A stretch of 64,000 bases of DNA from a virus. Its lineage: Duplodnaviria; Caudoviricetes. This document shows positions 24,858 to 32,900 of this stretch, piece after piece. Under the pieces are notes generated by a model. That model made no database searches, was not told the origin of the DNA, and was given only the letters and a program-made list of their open reading frames with translations. The translations under genes were made by a program, and so were the position numbers. Position 1 is the stretch's first letter; each line of letters begins with the position of its first letter. Where the stretch lies: the IMG/VR virus record IMGVR_UViG_2574179795_000001, positions 23,063-87,062 of that record, one strand, 5' to 3'.

Positions 24858-25036
24858 GCACCCAGCATGAGCGGATCCAGGACACCGTCGTCCTGCTCGG
24901 CGCCACCGGCGTCACTGGCACGCCGGCCGAGATGAAGGCGTGGGCTGAGGAGGCCATGGCTGACCCGGAGACGTGGCGCCGCCTGAACGAGGACCTGCAC
25001 CGCGGCTACGGCGCCACCCTCGACGCCGCCGCCTGA
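24854..25036 (+). CDS. Hypothetical protein (60 aa)
   Basis: GTGA coupling. Confidence 0.6.
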   Translation: MSTQHERIQDTVVLLGATGVTGTPAEMKAWAEEAMADPETWRRLNEDLHRGYGATLDAAA

Positions 25037-25245
25037 ACCCTCCCCACGGCTGGGGTGTTGCGGATACACCCCAGCCAACCCATGTCATGCACACCACAAG
25101 GACCCTCGTGCCCGACCAACCCGACACCGACCAAACCCCCACCCCGCAACCCCCGCCCGACCTCAACCAACGCGCACGAGACACCGCCGAACGCGACTGG
25201 CGCGTCCACCCCCTCACCGAGAGCTGATCACCCGAAAGGCAACCA

Positions 25246-25497
25246 ATGAGCCACGAATACGACCCGTTCGAGGGCCGCCTCCTCCCCATCCACGAGATCC
25301 AGATCCGCAGCAGCGACGGAACACCCCACCACTGCAACCGCCCCATGGCCGACGACTTCGAGATGTTCCTGTGCGAGCCCTGCGGCAAGGTCGCCCGCCT
25401 CCGCGACATCCGAGCCGCCAGGGAGGGCCGCGGCTTCAGCAACCAGGGCTGGCAGACCAGCCACCACAATCTGCGTCCGCCGTTCGCCGGCAACTGA
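25246..25497 (+). CDS. Hypothetical Cys/His protein (83 aa)
   Basis: GAAAGG SD. Confidence 0.6.
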   Translation: MSHEYDPFEGRLLPIHEIQIRSSDGTPHHCNRPMADDFEMFLCEPCGKVARLRDIRAAREGRGFSNQGWQTSHHNLRPPFAGN

Positions 25498-25540
25498 CCG
25501 GCACACCGAGAGCCCTCCCGACCCCCTTCCAGGAGCCCCG

Positions 25541-25954
25541 ATGACCAGCCTCCTCAACCACCTCGCCGCCGGCATCCGCGGCCAGCACGCCTACCGCCAG
25601 ATCCGGGCCGAGCACGACGCCTGGGCCCGCGACGCGAAGCTCGGCACCACCTACTACACCCTCGCCGCCGACGCCCGCGGCGCCCACACCACCTACGTGT
25701 TCACCAAGATGGCCCGGTTCGGCCCGCACACCGGCCAGCTCATCGAAGCCGGCGGCGCCGCGTCCTGGACCCTCTGGTACCAGAACGGGCCGCTCACCAC
25801 CGCCCGCCAGACCACCCAGGCCGACCTCAACGCCATCGACCAGCGCGCCGAGAAGGCCGCCATGGCCCGCGCCCAGCAGACCGTCACCGACGCCGTCCTC
25901 GCCGAGATCGCAGTCCTCTACCCCGAGTCGGCCCGCGCCCTCCAGGCGGCCTGA
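25541..25954 (+). CDS. Hypothetical protein (137 aa)
   Basis: CAGGAG SD; strong C-ending codon bias. Confidence 0.75.
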   Translation: MTSLLNHLAAGIRGQHAYRQIRAEHDAWARDAKLGTTYYTLAADARGAHTTYVFTKMARFGPHTGQLIEAGGAASWTLWYQNGPLTTARQTTQADLNAIDQRAEKAAMARAQQTVTDAVLAEIAVLYPESARALQAA

Positions 25955-26018
25955 CGCGGGCTGGAGCTGGGACTACCGCACCGCACCCGAGAACTGACCA
26001 CCCATCCAGGAGCCCCGC

Positions 26019-26201
26019 ATGAGGAACTTCAGCTACCACGCCACCGTCCGCGACTTCCACGGGCGCATCCTCTACCAGCTCAGCAACCCCAACATCCCCG
26101 TCGCCAACGACCGAGCCACCGACGAACAGATCCGCGAAGAGATCAAGCGCATCCTCATCGACGGCCAGCAGTGGGAGATCAACCTCACCCGCGTCAGCTG
26201 A
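26019..26201 (+). CDS. Hypothetical protein (60 aa)
   Basis: CAGGAG SD. Confidence 0.65.
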   Translation: MRNFSYHATVRDFHGRILYQLSNPNIPVANDRATDEQIREEIKRILIDGQQWEINLTRVS

Positions 26202-26305
26202 AAGCCCCACCGGCCTGACCGCCGTACGGCGCCGCACAGCCCAGCACCTCTGTGCGGCAGCCGCAGGCACTCAGACCCCGACCGGCCATCCCGAAGGAGA
26301 CCGCC

Positions 26306-26569
26306 ATGCGCGCCGTCATCGCCCTCATCCTCCTCACCATCGCCTGGCCCGCCCTCACCGGCGTCGCCATCGGCACCAGCGCCTACCTCACCACCCACCT
26401 CGCCGCCACCCTCACCATCGCAGCCGCAGTACTCCTCGCCCGGCACAAGCCCCACCGCTCCCACCCCGTCATCACGTTCCTCATCGGCGCCAGCATCGCC
26501 ACCTGGATCACCGGCCACCACGGCCAGACCACCCAGGCCCCCGCGTCCGGCCCGCAGATCCCCGCCTAA
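26306..26569 (+). CDS. Small membrane protein, Spd/mobile-element-transfer-like (87 aa)
   Basis: Two to three hydrophobic segments; AAGGAG SD; directly upstream of the SpdB2-like gene. Confidence 0.7.
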   Translation: MRAVIALILLTIAWPALTGVAIGTSAYLTTHLAATLTIAAAVLLARHKPHRSHPVITFLIGASIATWITGHHGQTTQAPASGPQIPA

Positions 26570-26601
26570 CCCAACCCGCCACCGAAAGGCCAACCGCCGC
26601 C

Positions 26602-27606
26602 ATGACCAAGAACAACGACGGCACCGACAAGCTCACCCGCGGCGCCCTCATCCTCGTCATGGGCGCAGCACTCACCGTCGGCACCTGGTCCATCTACACC
26701 CTCCTCACCACCCACTTCCACGCCCCCCGAATCGTCGCCCTCTTCGGCGCTGGCATGTTCGACCTCGCCGCGTTCTTCTTCGCCCGCCTCGCCCAGCGCT
26801 ACGCCGCCAGCCCCGACTCCGGCCTCGTCCCCCGACTCGCCATGCTCGCCATGGTCACCGCCAGCTCCTGGGTCAACTGGACCCACGCCCACATGGAGCA
26901 CTGGGGCACCGTCGGCGCCGTCATCCTCGCCGCCGCCCCCGTCATCGCCGAACTCGCCTTCGAGATGTGGCACCGCTACGAACACCGCGAAGCGCTCCGC
27001 CGCCAAGGCCGCGTCGCCGAAGCCCTCCCCGTCATCCCCGGGCTCGCGTGGCTGCTGTTCGCCCCGACGTCGTGGCGCGTGATGCGCGCATCAGTCGGCT
27101 CGCGTCTCAGCGTCATCGAGGACGAAGCGATGCGCATCACCGCATCAGTCGGCGATGCGCATCGTGAAGCGCTCGACGCCGCACCCGCCCGCGCTGCCGT
27201 CGCATCAGTGGCGGACGATGCGCAGCACATCGTCATCACCCTGCAGCAGCCGCGCGCCATCACCGCCGCACCCGCTGATACGTACCGCCAGACGGCGAAT
27301 GATGCGCCCGGTGAAGCCGCACGTCAGCGCAGTGATGCGCCGCCACGCATCATCACCGTGCCGCAGCCGGCGACGGCTGATGCGGGCCCCGCAGAAGCCA
27401 CCGTATCGCTGGGCGAGGTGGACTTCGCTTCGCTCTCCAAGGCTGCCGCGATCAAGGCGATGCGTGATGCGTTGCCAGACGCGACGGCGCCGCAGATCTC
27501 TGATGCGCTCGCATCACACGGCATCACCGCTGATGCGGCGTACGTCCGCACGGTGCTGTCCCGTGCAGCGAAGACCCCGCCGCAGGGCACCGGCGGATAC
27601 CTGTAA
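26602..27606 (+). CDS. SpdB2/DUF2637-like membrane spread protein
   Basis: Four N-terminal TM helices, charged helical linker (HRYEHREALRRQGRV), low-complexity region, C-terminal helical domain; upstream of TraB. Confidence 0.75.
   Translation: MTKNNDGTDKLTRGALILVMGAALTVGTWSIYTLLTTHFHAPRIVALFGAGMFDLAAFFFARLAQRYAASPDSGLVPRLAMLAMVTASSWVNWTHAHMEHWGTVGAVILAAAPVIAELAFEMWHRYEHREALRRQGRVAEALPVIPGLAWLLFAPTSWRVMRASVGSRLSVIEDEAMRITASVGDAHREALDAAPARAAVASVADDAQHIVITLQQPRAITAAPADTYRQTANDAPGEAARQRSDAPPRIITVPQPATADAGPAEATVSLGEVDFASLSKAAAIKAMRDALPDATAPQISDALASHGITADAAYVRTVLSRAAKTPPQGTGGYL
27080..27537. repeat. Array of 18 GATGCG/CGCATC hexamers in both orientations
   Basis: GATGCG at 27081,27129,27154,27217,27301,27334,27379,27459,27466,27502,27532; CGCATC at 27087,27133,27141,27158,27201,27346,27510. 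Confidence 0.85.
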
Positions 27607-27656
27607 TCCCGGCGCGCCCGCCCTACTGACCTTCCCTCAGCAAGGAGACCCCTCTC

Positions 27657-29567
27657 ATGGCCCAGTACATCGGCTTCGCGCCGGCCCCGGCCGACCTGCC
27701 GGGCCCCCGTCCGACGATTTTGACGGTCTCGGCGACGACGACGGACAACCTGTCACCTACTGTGACAAATCAGGACAGTGATCGGAACTCTCCGCGCACG
27801 TCGCCATCGTCGTCACCGACCCGCCGCACCCGATTCCTCGCCTCCTGCGCCGCCGTCGCCCTCCGCGCCGCCACCTGGGTCCACACCTACCGCTACGAGA
27901 TGGCACCCGGCGCGGCCGTCAGCGTCCTCACGATGCTCGGCTGGTGGCAGCACACCACCCACGGAGCCGCCGACTGGGCGACCGGCTACACCGTGCTCGG
28001 CGCCGGCGCCGCACTCGCGGCCAGCCACGGCCTGAAGCACAAGCACGACCACCTGTACGGGACCGGCGCCGGCGTGGCAATCGCCCTCGGCGACGTCGCC
28101 GCCGCCACCGCCGCCGGGCCCGGCCCGGTGTCGTTCGTCGTCTTCTCGCTCGCCAGCGGGCTGGCGTACGTGGCGTACGTGCCGTGGCTCGCCGGGCACC
28201 GCAAGACCCACAGCAAGCCGACGGCACAGAAGGAGACCACGCAGCAGGCCGACATCGAGGACACAGTCGAGCCCGCCATAGAGGCAGCAGCGGAGTTCGA
28301 CGAGCTGGACGACAACATCTACGAGGAGCCCCAGCACAACCCGTTCGGCACCCCGGTCATCCCCTACGCGGACGACGAAAGCGACGACGTCCGTGCCCCG
28401 ATCCGCCTGGGCTGGGACGAGAACGGCCAGCGCGTCCCACTCACGCTCCTCTACCGGCACACCCTTGTCGCCGGCGCCTCAGACTTCGGGAAGTCCGGCC
28501 TCGTCAACCTGATCATCAAGAAGCTCCTCAAGAAGAAGGAGGAGCAGCGCGAACTGTTCGGCATCGACATGAAGCCCGGCTCCCCCGAACTCGGGCCCTG
28601 GGAGCCGAAGATGCGCAAGCTCGCCCGCACCCCCGAGGAGGCCCGCGACCTCCTTCAGCTCGTCCGGGCCGAGTGCGACCGCCGCGGAGCATTCCTCGCC
28701 GACCTGTCGGCCAGTTCGATGGCCTCCGGCCGCGGCCCGGTCCGCAAGTGGATCCCCGGCGTGCACGGACCCGCCTGGTGGATCATCACCGACGAGCTCG
28801 CCGAACTGATCCGCCAGGACGAGGAACTCCGCAAGCGGGAAGCCGAAGCCCGCAAGGTCAGCGAGGACCCGGAGCCAGCCGAGCAGGACATCGCCACGGC
28901 GTACGAGAGCCTCCTTGCGATCGCACGCTTCCTCGGCATCCAGTTCGTGTCCGCCACGCAGCAACCGTCCGCCAAAGTCTTCGGCGGCAACACCGACGCC
29001 CGCGGCAACTACGCGAACCGGATCTCTACCCGGGTCGGGGAGGCCGGTCACACGCCGTTCATCTTCGGCCGGGGCTGCACCGCGAAGGGCTGGAAGCCGG
29101 AGGACCTGCAGCGTCCTGGGGAGTTCTACATCGGCGCCCCGGAGCTGCCGCTTGTGGATCCGCCGAAGTGCCAGGCGGAGTACGTGACCGACGAGGACAT
29201 CGCGGCTGATGTCGGCCACTACTTCCAGGCCGGCCATCGCGGGCCGTCGGCGGGGCAGTCGGAGCCGCCAGTTCGGATGCTGAAGTCTGTGCCAGTCGCG
29301 CAGGCGGCGCCTGCCCAGCCGAAGCTGACGTTCCCAGACGGCTCCACGGTCGGCCGCAACGACTGGCCTGACCTGTACCGGGTGTTCTGCCGGCTGTGCG
29401 AGGAGCAGGGCTTCGCGACGAAGGACGACCTGGTGAAGGACGGGCCGTTCGATTCGCGGGACACCGTCCGCCGGGCGCTCGACGCATGGCTTGACCGAGG
29501 CGTCCTGGTCCGCAAGCAAGGACGCGCCGAGCAGTTCCACCTCCCCACCGCTGATTCCGATGACTGA
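27657..29567 (+). CDS. traB: FtsK/SpoIIIE-family conjugative DNA translocase TraB
   Basis: N-terminal TM helices; HTLVAGASDFGKS (Walker A), IDMKPG, IITDELAEL (Walker B), ARFLGIQFVSATQQPS; C-terminal wHTH. Confidence 0.88.
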   Translation: MAQYIGFAPAPADLPGPRPTILTVSATTTDNLSPTVTNQDSDRNSPRTSPSSSPTRRTRFLASCAAVALRAATWVHTYRYEMAPGAAVSVLTMLGWWQHTTHGAADWATGYTVLGAGAALAASHGLKHKHDHLYGTGAGVAIALGDVAAATAAGPGPVSFVVFSLASGLAYVAYVPWLAGHRKTHSKPTAQKETTQQADIEDTVEPAIEAAAEFDELDDNIYEEPQHNPFGTPVIPYADDESDDVRAPIRLGWDENGQRVPLTLLYRHTLVAGASDFGKSGLVNLIIKKLLKKKEEQRELFGIDMKPGSPELGPWEPKMRKLARTPEEARDLLQLVRAECDRRGAFLADLSASSMASGRGPVRKWIPGVHGPAWWIITDELAELIRQDEELRKREAEARKVSEDPEPAEQDIATAYESLLAIARFLGIQFVSATQQPSAKVFGGNTDARGNYANRISTRVGEAGHTPFIFGRGCTAKGWKPEDLQRPGEFYIGAPELPLVDPPKCQAEYVTDEDIAADVGHYFQAGHRGPSAGQSEPPVRMLKSVPVAQAAPAQPKLTFPDGSTVGRNDWPDLYRVFCRLCEEQGFATKDDLVKDGPFDSRDTVRRALDAWLDRGVLVRKQGRAEQFHLPTADSDD

Positions 29568-29580
29568 CCAGGAGACGACC

Positions 29581-30069
29581 ATGTACCAGGACCTGACGAC
29601 CACCGACACCGTCCAGCCGACCGCCGTCTACCCGGCGCAGCTCGCCCCCTATATCCCCGCCCCGCAGCCCGTGTTCATGCCCGCAGCAAGCCCCGCCATA
29701 CCGGGCGTCGTCATCAACCCGGACGGCAGCGTGCACTACGGGCACCCGCCGATCATCTACGCCCAGCAGCAGCCGCAGCTGACCGTCGACCCGCGGGCCA
29801 GTCTCATGGCCGGGTACGGCGTGGCGGCGGCCGGGGTCGGCTTCGGCGCGTCGGAGCTGATCGGTGCCGTCGCCGGCGCGAGCGTCGGCACTCTCATCGC
29901 CACTGCGGCGGTCATCGCCGTCGCCAAGTTCAAGGCTCCGCGGGTGTCTACGGTCAACCACATCCGGGAGGAGTACCACCAGCACGTCACCACCATGGCG
30001 ACCGGATGGTTCGGCCGCGCCAACGGCGAGATCCGCAACGAGAAGACGTTCAACAGCGGCCAAGCCTGA
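29581..30069 (+). CDS. SpdD-like membrane protein (162 aa)
   Basis: Pro-rich N-terminus, Gly/Ala TM hairpin; directly after traB; CAGGAG SD. Confidence 0.65.
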   Translation: MYQDLTTTDTVQPTAVYPAQLAPYIPAPQPVFMPAASPAIPGVVINPDGSVHYGHPPIIYAQQQPQLTVDPRASLMAGYGVAAAGVGFGASELIGAVAGASVGTLIATAAVIAVAKFKAPRVSTVNHIREEYHQHVTTMATGWFGRANGEIRNEKTFNSGQA

Positions 30070-30128
30070 ACTGCCCACGTCCAGCGGCGCGGTGCACCAG
30101 AATGGTCCCGACACTTTGGGGGCATCCT

Positions 30129-30734
30129 GTGGCACCGCGCCGACGTCGTAGCACCACCAGCTCGGGCCCGCTCCTGGCGATCGCCGTCGTGCTGATCGTC
30201 CTGGTGGGGATCTTCCGTGCGATAGCCGCACACCCGGTTGTCTTCGTCCTGCTGCTGCTCGCGGCCGGCGCCATCCTGGTCGCGGTGATGGTTCGGCGCA
30301 CCAAGCGGCACCAGGCGCAGCAGCAGATCCGGGCAGCCCGGTCGTTCGAGATCGCCCCGTATCACCGCATGTCGGCGCTGGAGTTCGAGCACGCCCTCGC
30401 GTTCCTGTGTCAGCGGGACGGCTGCCGGGACGTGCAGGTAGTAGGCGGCGCCGGCGACCTCGCCGCAGACGTCATCGCCACCACCCCCGACGGGCGCCGC
30501 ATCGTCATACAGGCCAAGCGGTACGGCCCGACCACCACCGTCGGCTCCGGAGACGTGCAGAAGGTCAACGGCACATACCGGGATTTCCACGGCGGACACT
30601 TGGCGGCGATCGTCACCACCTCGCGGTTCACGAAGCCCGCGCTCACCGCCGCCGACAAGGTCGGCATCCGCTGCTACGACCAGCACGACCTCGCTGGCTG
30701 GGCCAGCCGAACCGGACCAGCGCCCTGGCACTGA
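30129..30734 (+). CDS. Membrane-anchored Mrr-family (Mrr_cat) restriction endonuclease
   Basis: Two TM helices, then MSALEFEHALA...GGAGDLAADV...IVIQAKRY...VGSGDVQ...IVTTSRFT. Confidence 0.9.
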   Translation: MAPRRRRSTTSSGPLLAIAVVLIVLVGIFRAIAAHPVVFVLLLLAAGAILVAVMVRRTKRHQAQQQIRAARSFEIAPYHRMSALEFEHALAFLCQRDGCRDVQVVGGAGDLAADVIATTPDGRRIVIQAKRYGPTTTVGSGDVQKVNGTYRDFHGGHLAAIVTTSRFTKPALTAADKVGIRCYDQHDLAGWASRTGPAPWH

Positions 30735-30747
30735 CAGGATGGACACC

Positions 30748-30867
30748 ATGATTCGCATCCTCCGCTCGTGGATCAAGGCGCCCGGTTTTGCCGAGGCGTT
30801 CGGCCTGAGCGTGTTCGCCGCCCTGATCATCATCGCCCTCAACCTCACGCTACGGTCTCTGTCGTGA
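30748..30867 (+). CDS. Single-TM microprotein (39 aa, not in ORF track)
   Basis: MIRILRSWIKAPGFAEAFGLSVFAALIIIALNLTLRSLS; GGA SD. Confidence 0.55.
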   Translation: MIRILRSWIKAPGFAEAFGLSVFAALIIIALNLTLRSLS

Positions 30868-30923
30868 GCGCCAGCTCCGCGCGTTGAGCAGGTCCGGATC
30901 GGCGGCCGCGAGACACTGAAGCC

Positions 30924-31064
30924 ATGACCCACTGCACCGCCACCGGCACCATCACCCTCGACGGCCAGCCCGCGACCGTGATCTGCAACCGCACCCCGCA
31001 CGACCCCGACGAGCAGCACAACGACGCCGTCCACGGCGACTGGGACGACGAGAACGGGCACTGA
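30924..31064 (+). CDS. Cys/His/Asp microprotein (46 aa, not in ORF track)
   Basis: MTHCTATG...ICNRTPH...H...HGDW; candidate leaderless start. Confidence 0.55.
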   Translation: MTHCTATGTITLDGQPATVICNRTPHDPDEQHNDAVHGDWDDENGH

Positions 31065-31116
31065 CCAATCCGCCCCCGGGCCGACCGGGCGGCCGTACCC
31101 GCGAGAGGGTTGCTCC

Positions 31117-31299
31117 ATGGAAATCACGAAGCACTTCCTGGTGGAGTCCATGCCCACTGGCGAGATCAGGGTGAGCGCCGAACTCTTCCCAGAAGAGACG
31201 AAGCACGCGGCCGTGATGCGTGGCTTCTCCACTACCGAGGCCCGCGTCTTCGCCGCTCAACTGATCGACGCCGCGAAGGCCGTCGAGGATGCTGAGTGA
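31117..31299 (+). CDS. Hypothetical protein (60 aa)
   Basis: GAGAGG SD. Confidence 0.6.
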   Translation: MEITKHFLVESMPTGEIRVSAELFPEETKHAAVMRGFSTTEARVFAAQLIDAAKAVEDAE

Positions 31300-31369
31300 C
31301 CTCCGCTTGATCTTTGACAGATCTGGTGTCACACTCCCATCCAGCAGGACTACTGCGCCCAGAACCTGG

Positions 31370-31402
31370 AAGGCCCCCACCAACATGGGGGCCTTTTCGC
31401 AT
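31370..31402 (+). promoter_or_regulatory. Hairpin followed by TTTCGCAT at the start of the late region
   Basis: AAGGCCCCCA/TGGGGGCCTT stem then TTCGCATG; similar to 43948 and 61106. Confidence 0.5.
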
Positions 31403-31410
31403 GTCCGGGG

Positions 31411-31653
31411 GTGATCGTGGACCGCATCCTCCTCGAAGTCGTCCCCGAGCACCTGGTGTTCGCTCACGAGGCCGAAGCTGTAACCGGCGTACCGCAGCAG
31501 GTACTCCGGCAGTGGGCTCGGCGCGGAAAGATCCACCGGTTCCCGGGTGACGGACGGCCGTCCGGCCAGGGGCACCTTTACCGGACCATGTACTCGCTGC
31601 CCGAGGTTCGCGAGGCCGCCGAGTCGTATCAGCCTCGCGCCGCTGCCGCCTGA
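31411..31653 (+). CDS. MerR-like HTH DNA-binding protein (candidate late regulator)
   Basis: AEAVTGVPQQVLRQWARRGKI...MYSLPEV. Confidence 0.8.
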   Translation: MIVDRILLEVVPEHLVFAHEAEAVTGVPQQVLRQWARRGKIHRFPGDGRPSGQGHLYRTMYSLPEVREAAESYQPRAAAA

Positions 31654-31814
31654 TGCTCCCGCCGGTCTGCACTCCCCCGCGGCTGGCGGGACGGCCGCCA
31701 CGTCCTGAGGGTGGCGTGTGCGGCCGAGGGGTTCCGCTGGCTGTCCGGCCCTGGGCTGACGCCGGCCAGCGGAACCCCCACCACCCTCCCCGCCGATCCT
31801 GACGGAGCACCCGC

Positions 31815-31994
31815 TTGACCCTCGACGAGCAGCGCGCCTTGGATGCCCCGTTCACCCTCCCCGACGAGTGGGACCCGATCCCCGGGACCTGTTCCCGCTG
31901 CGGCCAGGACGCGTGGCTGGGTGAACGCAGGTGGTGGCACGACAAGGAACTGTGCCCCTCGCGTGGCCTGCCCGCCGAGTTCCTACCCGACTGA
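31815..31994 (+). CDS. Microprotein (59 aa, TTG start, not in ORF track)
   Basis: LTLDEQRALD...CSRCG...WWHDKELCP; GGAG SD. Confidence 0.55.
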   Translation: MTLDEQRALDAPFTLPDEWDPIPGTCSRCGQDAWLGERRWWHDKELCPSRGLPAEFLPD

Positions 31995-32017
31995 CCCTCA
32001 CACCTCGGAGCACCCTC

Positions 32018-32188
32018 ATGCTCGTTCTCCCCACCCGCTCGCAGCGCCGGGCCGCGTCCCGCAAGCTGTCCCGCCAGTACGCGTTCTACAACGGACCCGC
32101 GCCGCGCCACGAACCCGCACGGGACCTGTCCTGCCACGTGCATCACCGGCAGGCGCCGTGCAAGCGGTGCGCTGGCGACACCAACTGA
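32018..32188 (+). CDS. Microprotein (56 aa)
   Basis: CHVHH...CKRC; GGAG SD. Confidence 0.55.
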   Translation: MLVLPTRSQRRAASRKLSRQYAFYNGPAPRHEPARDLSCHVHHRQAPCKRCAGDTN

Positions 32189-32211
32189 CCTTCACCCTCA
32201 AGGAGTTCCGC

Positions 32212-32490
32212 ATGTCTGCATTCACTGACCTCACCGCCAAGTTCCACGAGCTCGTCGCCGAGGCCGAGGCGGCCGGCCTGCGGGGCAAGGCCGAGCTGGT
32301 CGCCGTGTGGCACAAGCTCGTCGGCGACGAGCAGCAGCTGGCCACTGAGGCGACCGCTGACGTCCACCAGGTCGAGGCGGACGCGGCCCCCGTCGTCGCC
32401 GAGGCCAAGCAGGACGCCGACAACCTCGCCGCGGAGGCCGTCGCCGACGTCAAGGGCGCCACCATGCCGCCGGCCGCGCCCACCGCCTGA
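32212..32490 (+). CDS. Ala-rich helical protein (92 aa)
   Basis: AAGGAG SD. Confidence 0.7.
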   Translation: MSAFTDLTAKFHELVAEAEAAGLRGKAELVAVWHKLVGDEQQLATEATADVHQVEADAAPVVAEAKQDADNLAAEAVADVKGATMPPAAPTA

Positions 32491-32512
32491 CCCGAGCAGC
32501 CCCGGGAGGGCA

Positions 32513-32893
32513 GTGACCATGCCAACGCTGCCCAACCAGCTCAACACCACCTCGGCGGCCGGAAGTCAGTGGGCCACCACCTACACCCTGCAGAACGACG
32601 ACGGCACGCTGATGAACATCGTCGGCAAGAGCTTCGAGTTCGTCGTCCGGCCATCGACGACCGACGTCGCCGAGCCGGCCCTCGTCGCCGTCAACTCCAC
32701 CACCGCCACAGCGCAGGGCTACATCACCGTCACCCCGTCCACGTCCACCGTGCAGGTCGTCCTCTCCCCCACCGCGACCGCACTCCTCGGCCAGTCCGCC
32801 TACCCGTACTCGCTGTGGATGGACCCCGGCCTCACAGACGCGACCGACCTCGTCGTGGGCACGTTCTTCTCCAGCCTCGTCGCCGCAGCCTAG
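32513..32893 (+). CDS. BppU-like beta-sandwich virion adaptor protein
   Basis: W..TYTLQNDDGTLMNIVG..FEFVVRP...VVLSPTATALL...Y.LW pattern; precedes the fibre gene. Confidence 0.6.
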   Translation: MTMPTLPNQLNTTSAAGSQWATTYTLQNDDGTLMNIVGKSFEFVVRPSTTDVAEPALVAVNSTTATAQGYITVTPSTSTVQVVLSPTATALLGQSAYPYSLWMDPGLTDATDLVVGTFFSSLVAAA

Positions 32894-32900
32894 GAGGCAC

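Larger units (their letters stand above)
23527..30867. mobile_element. Streptomyces plasmid/AICE-type conjugative transfer and spread module inside the phage
   Basis: HTH regulator with operator, Spd-like membrane proteins, FtsK/SpoIIIE TraB, SpdD-like protein, TM-Mrr. Confidence 0.75.

Noticed and set aside
25037-25245. C-run-rich stretch (possible G-quadruplex on the minus strand) and candidate ORFs
   Set aside because: It fits the general C-rich bias of the plus strand in this segment; neither ORF has convincing signals.
17113-27537. Short repeat arrays considered as CRISPR
   Set aside because: Repeats are 6-16 bp, lie inside coding genes, have no 30-40 bp unique spacers, and there are no cas genes.
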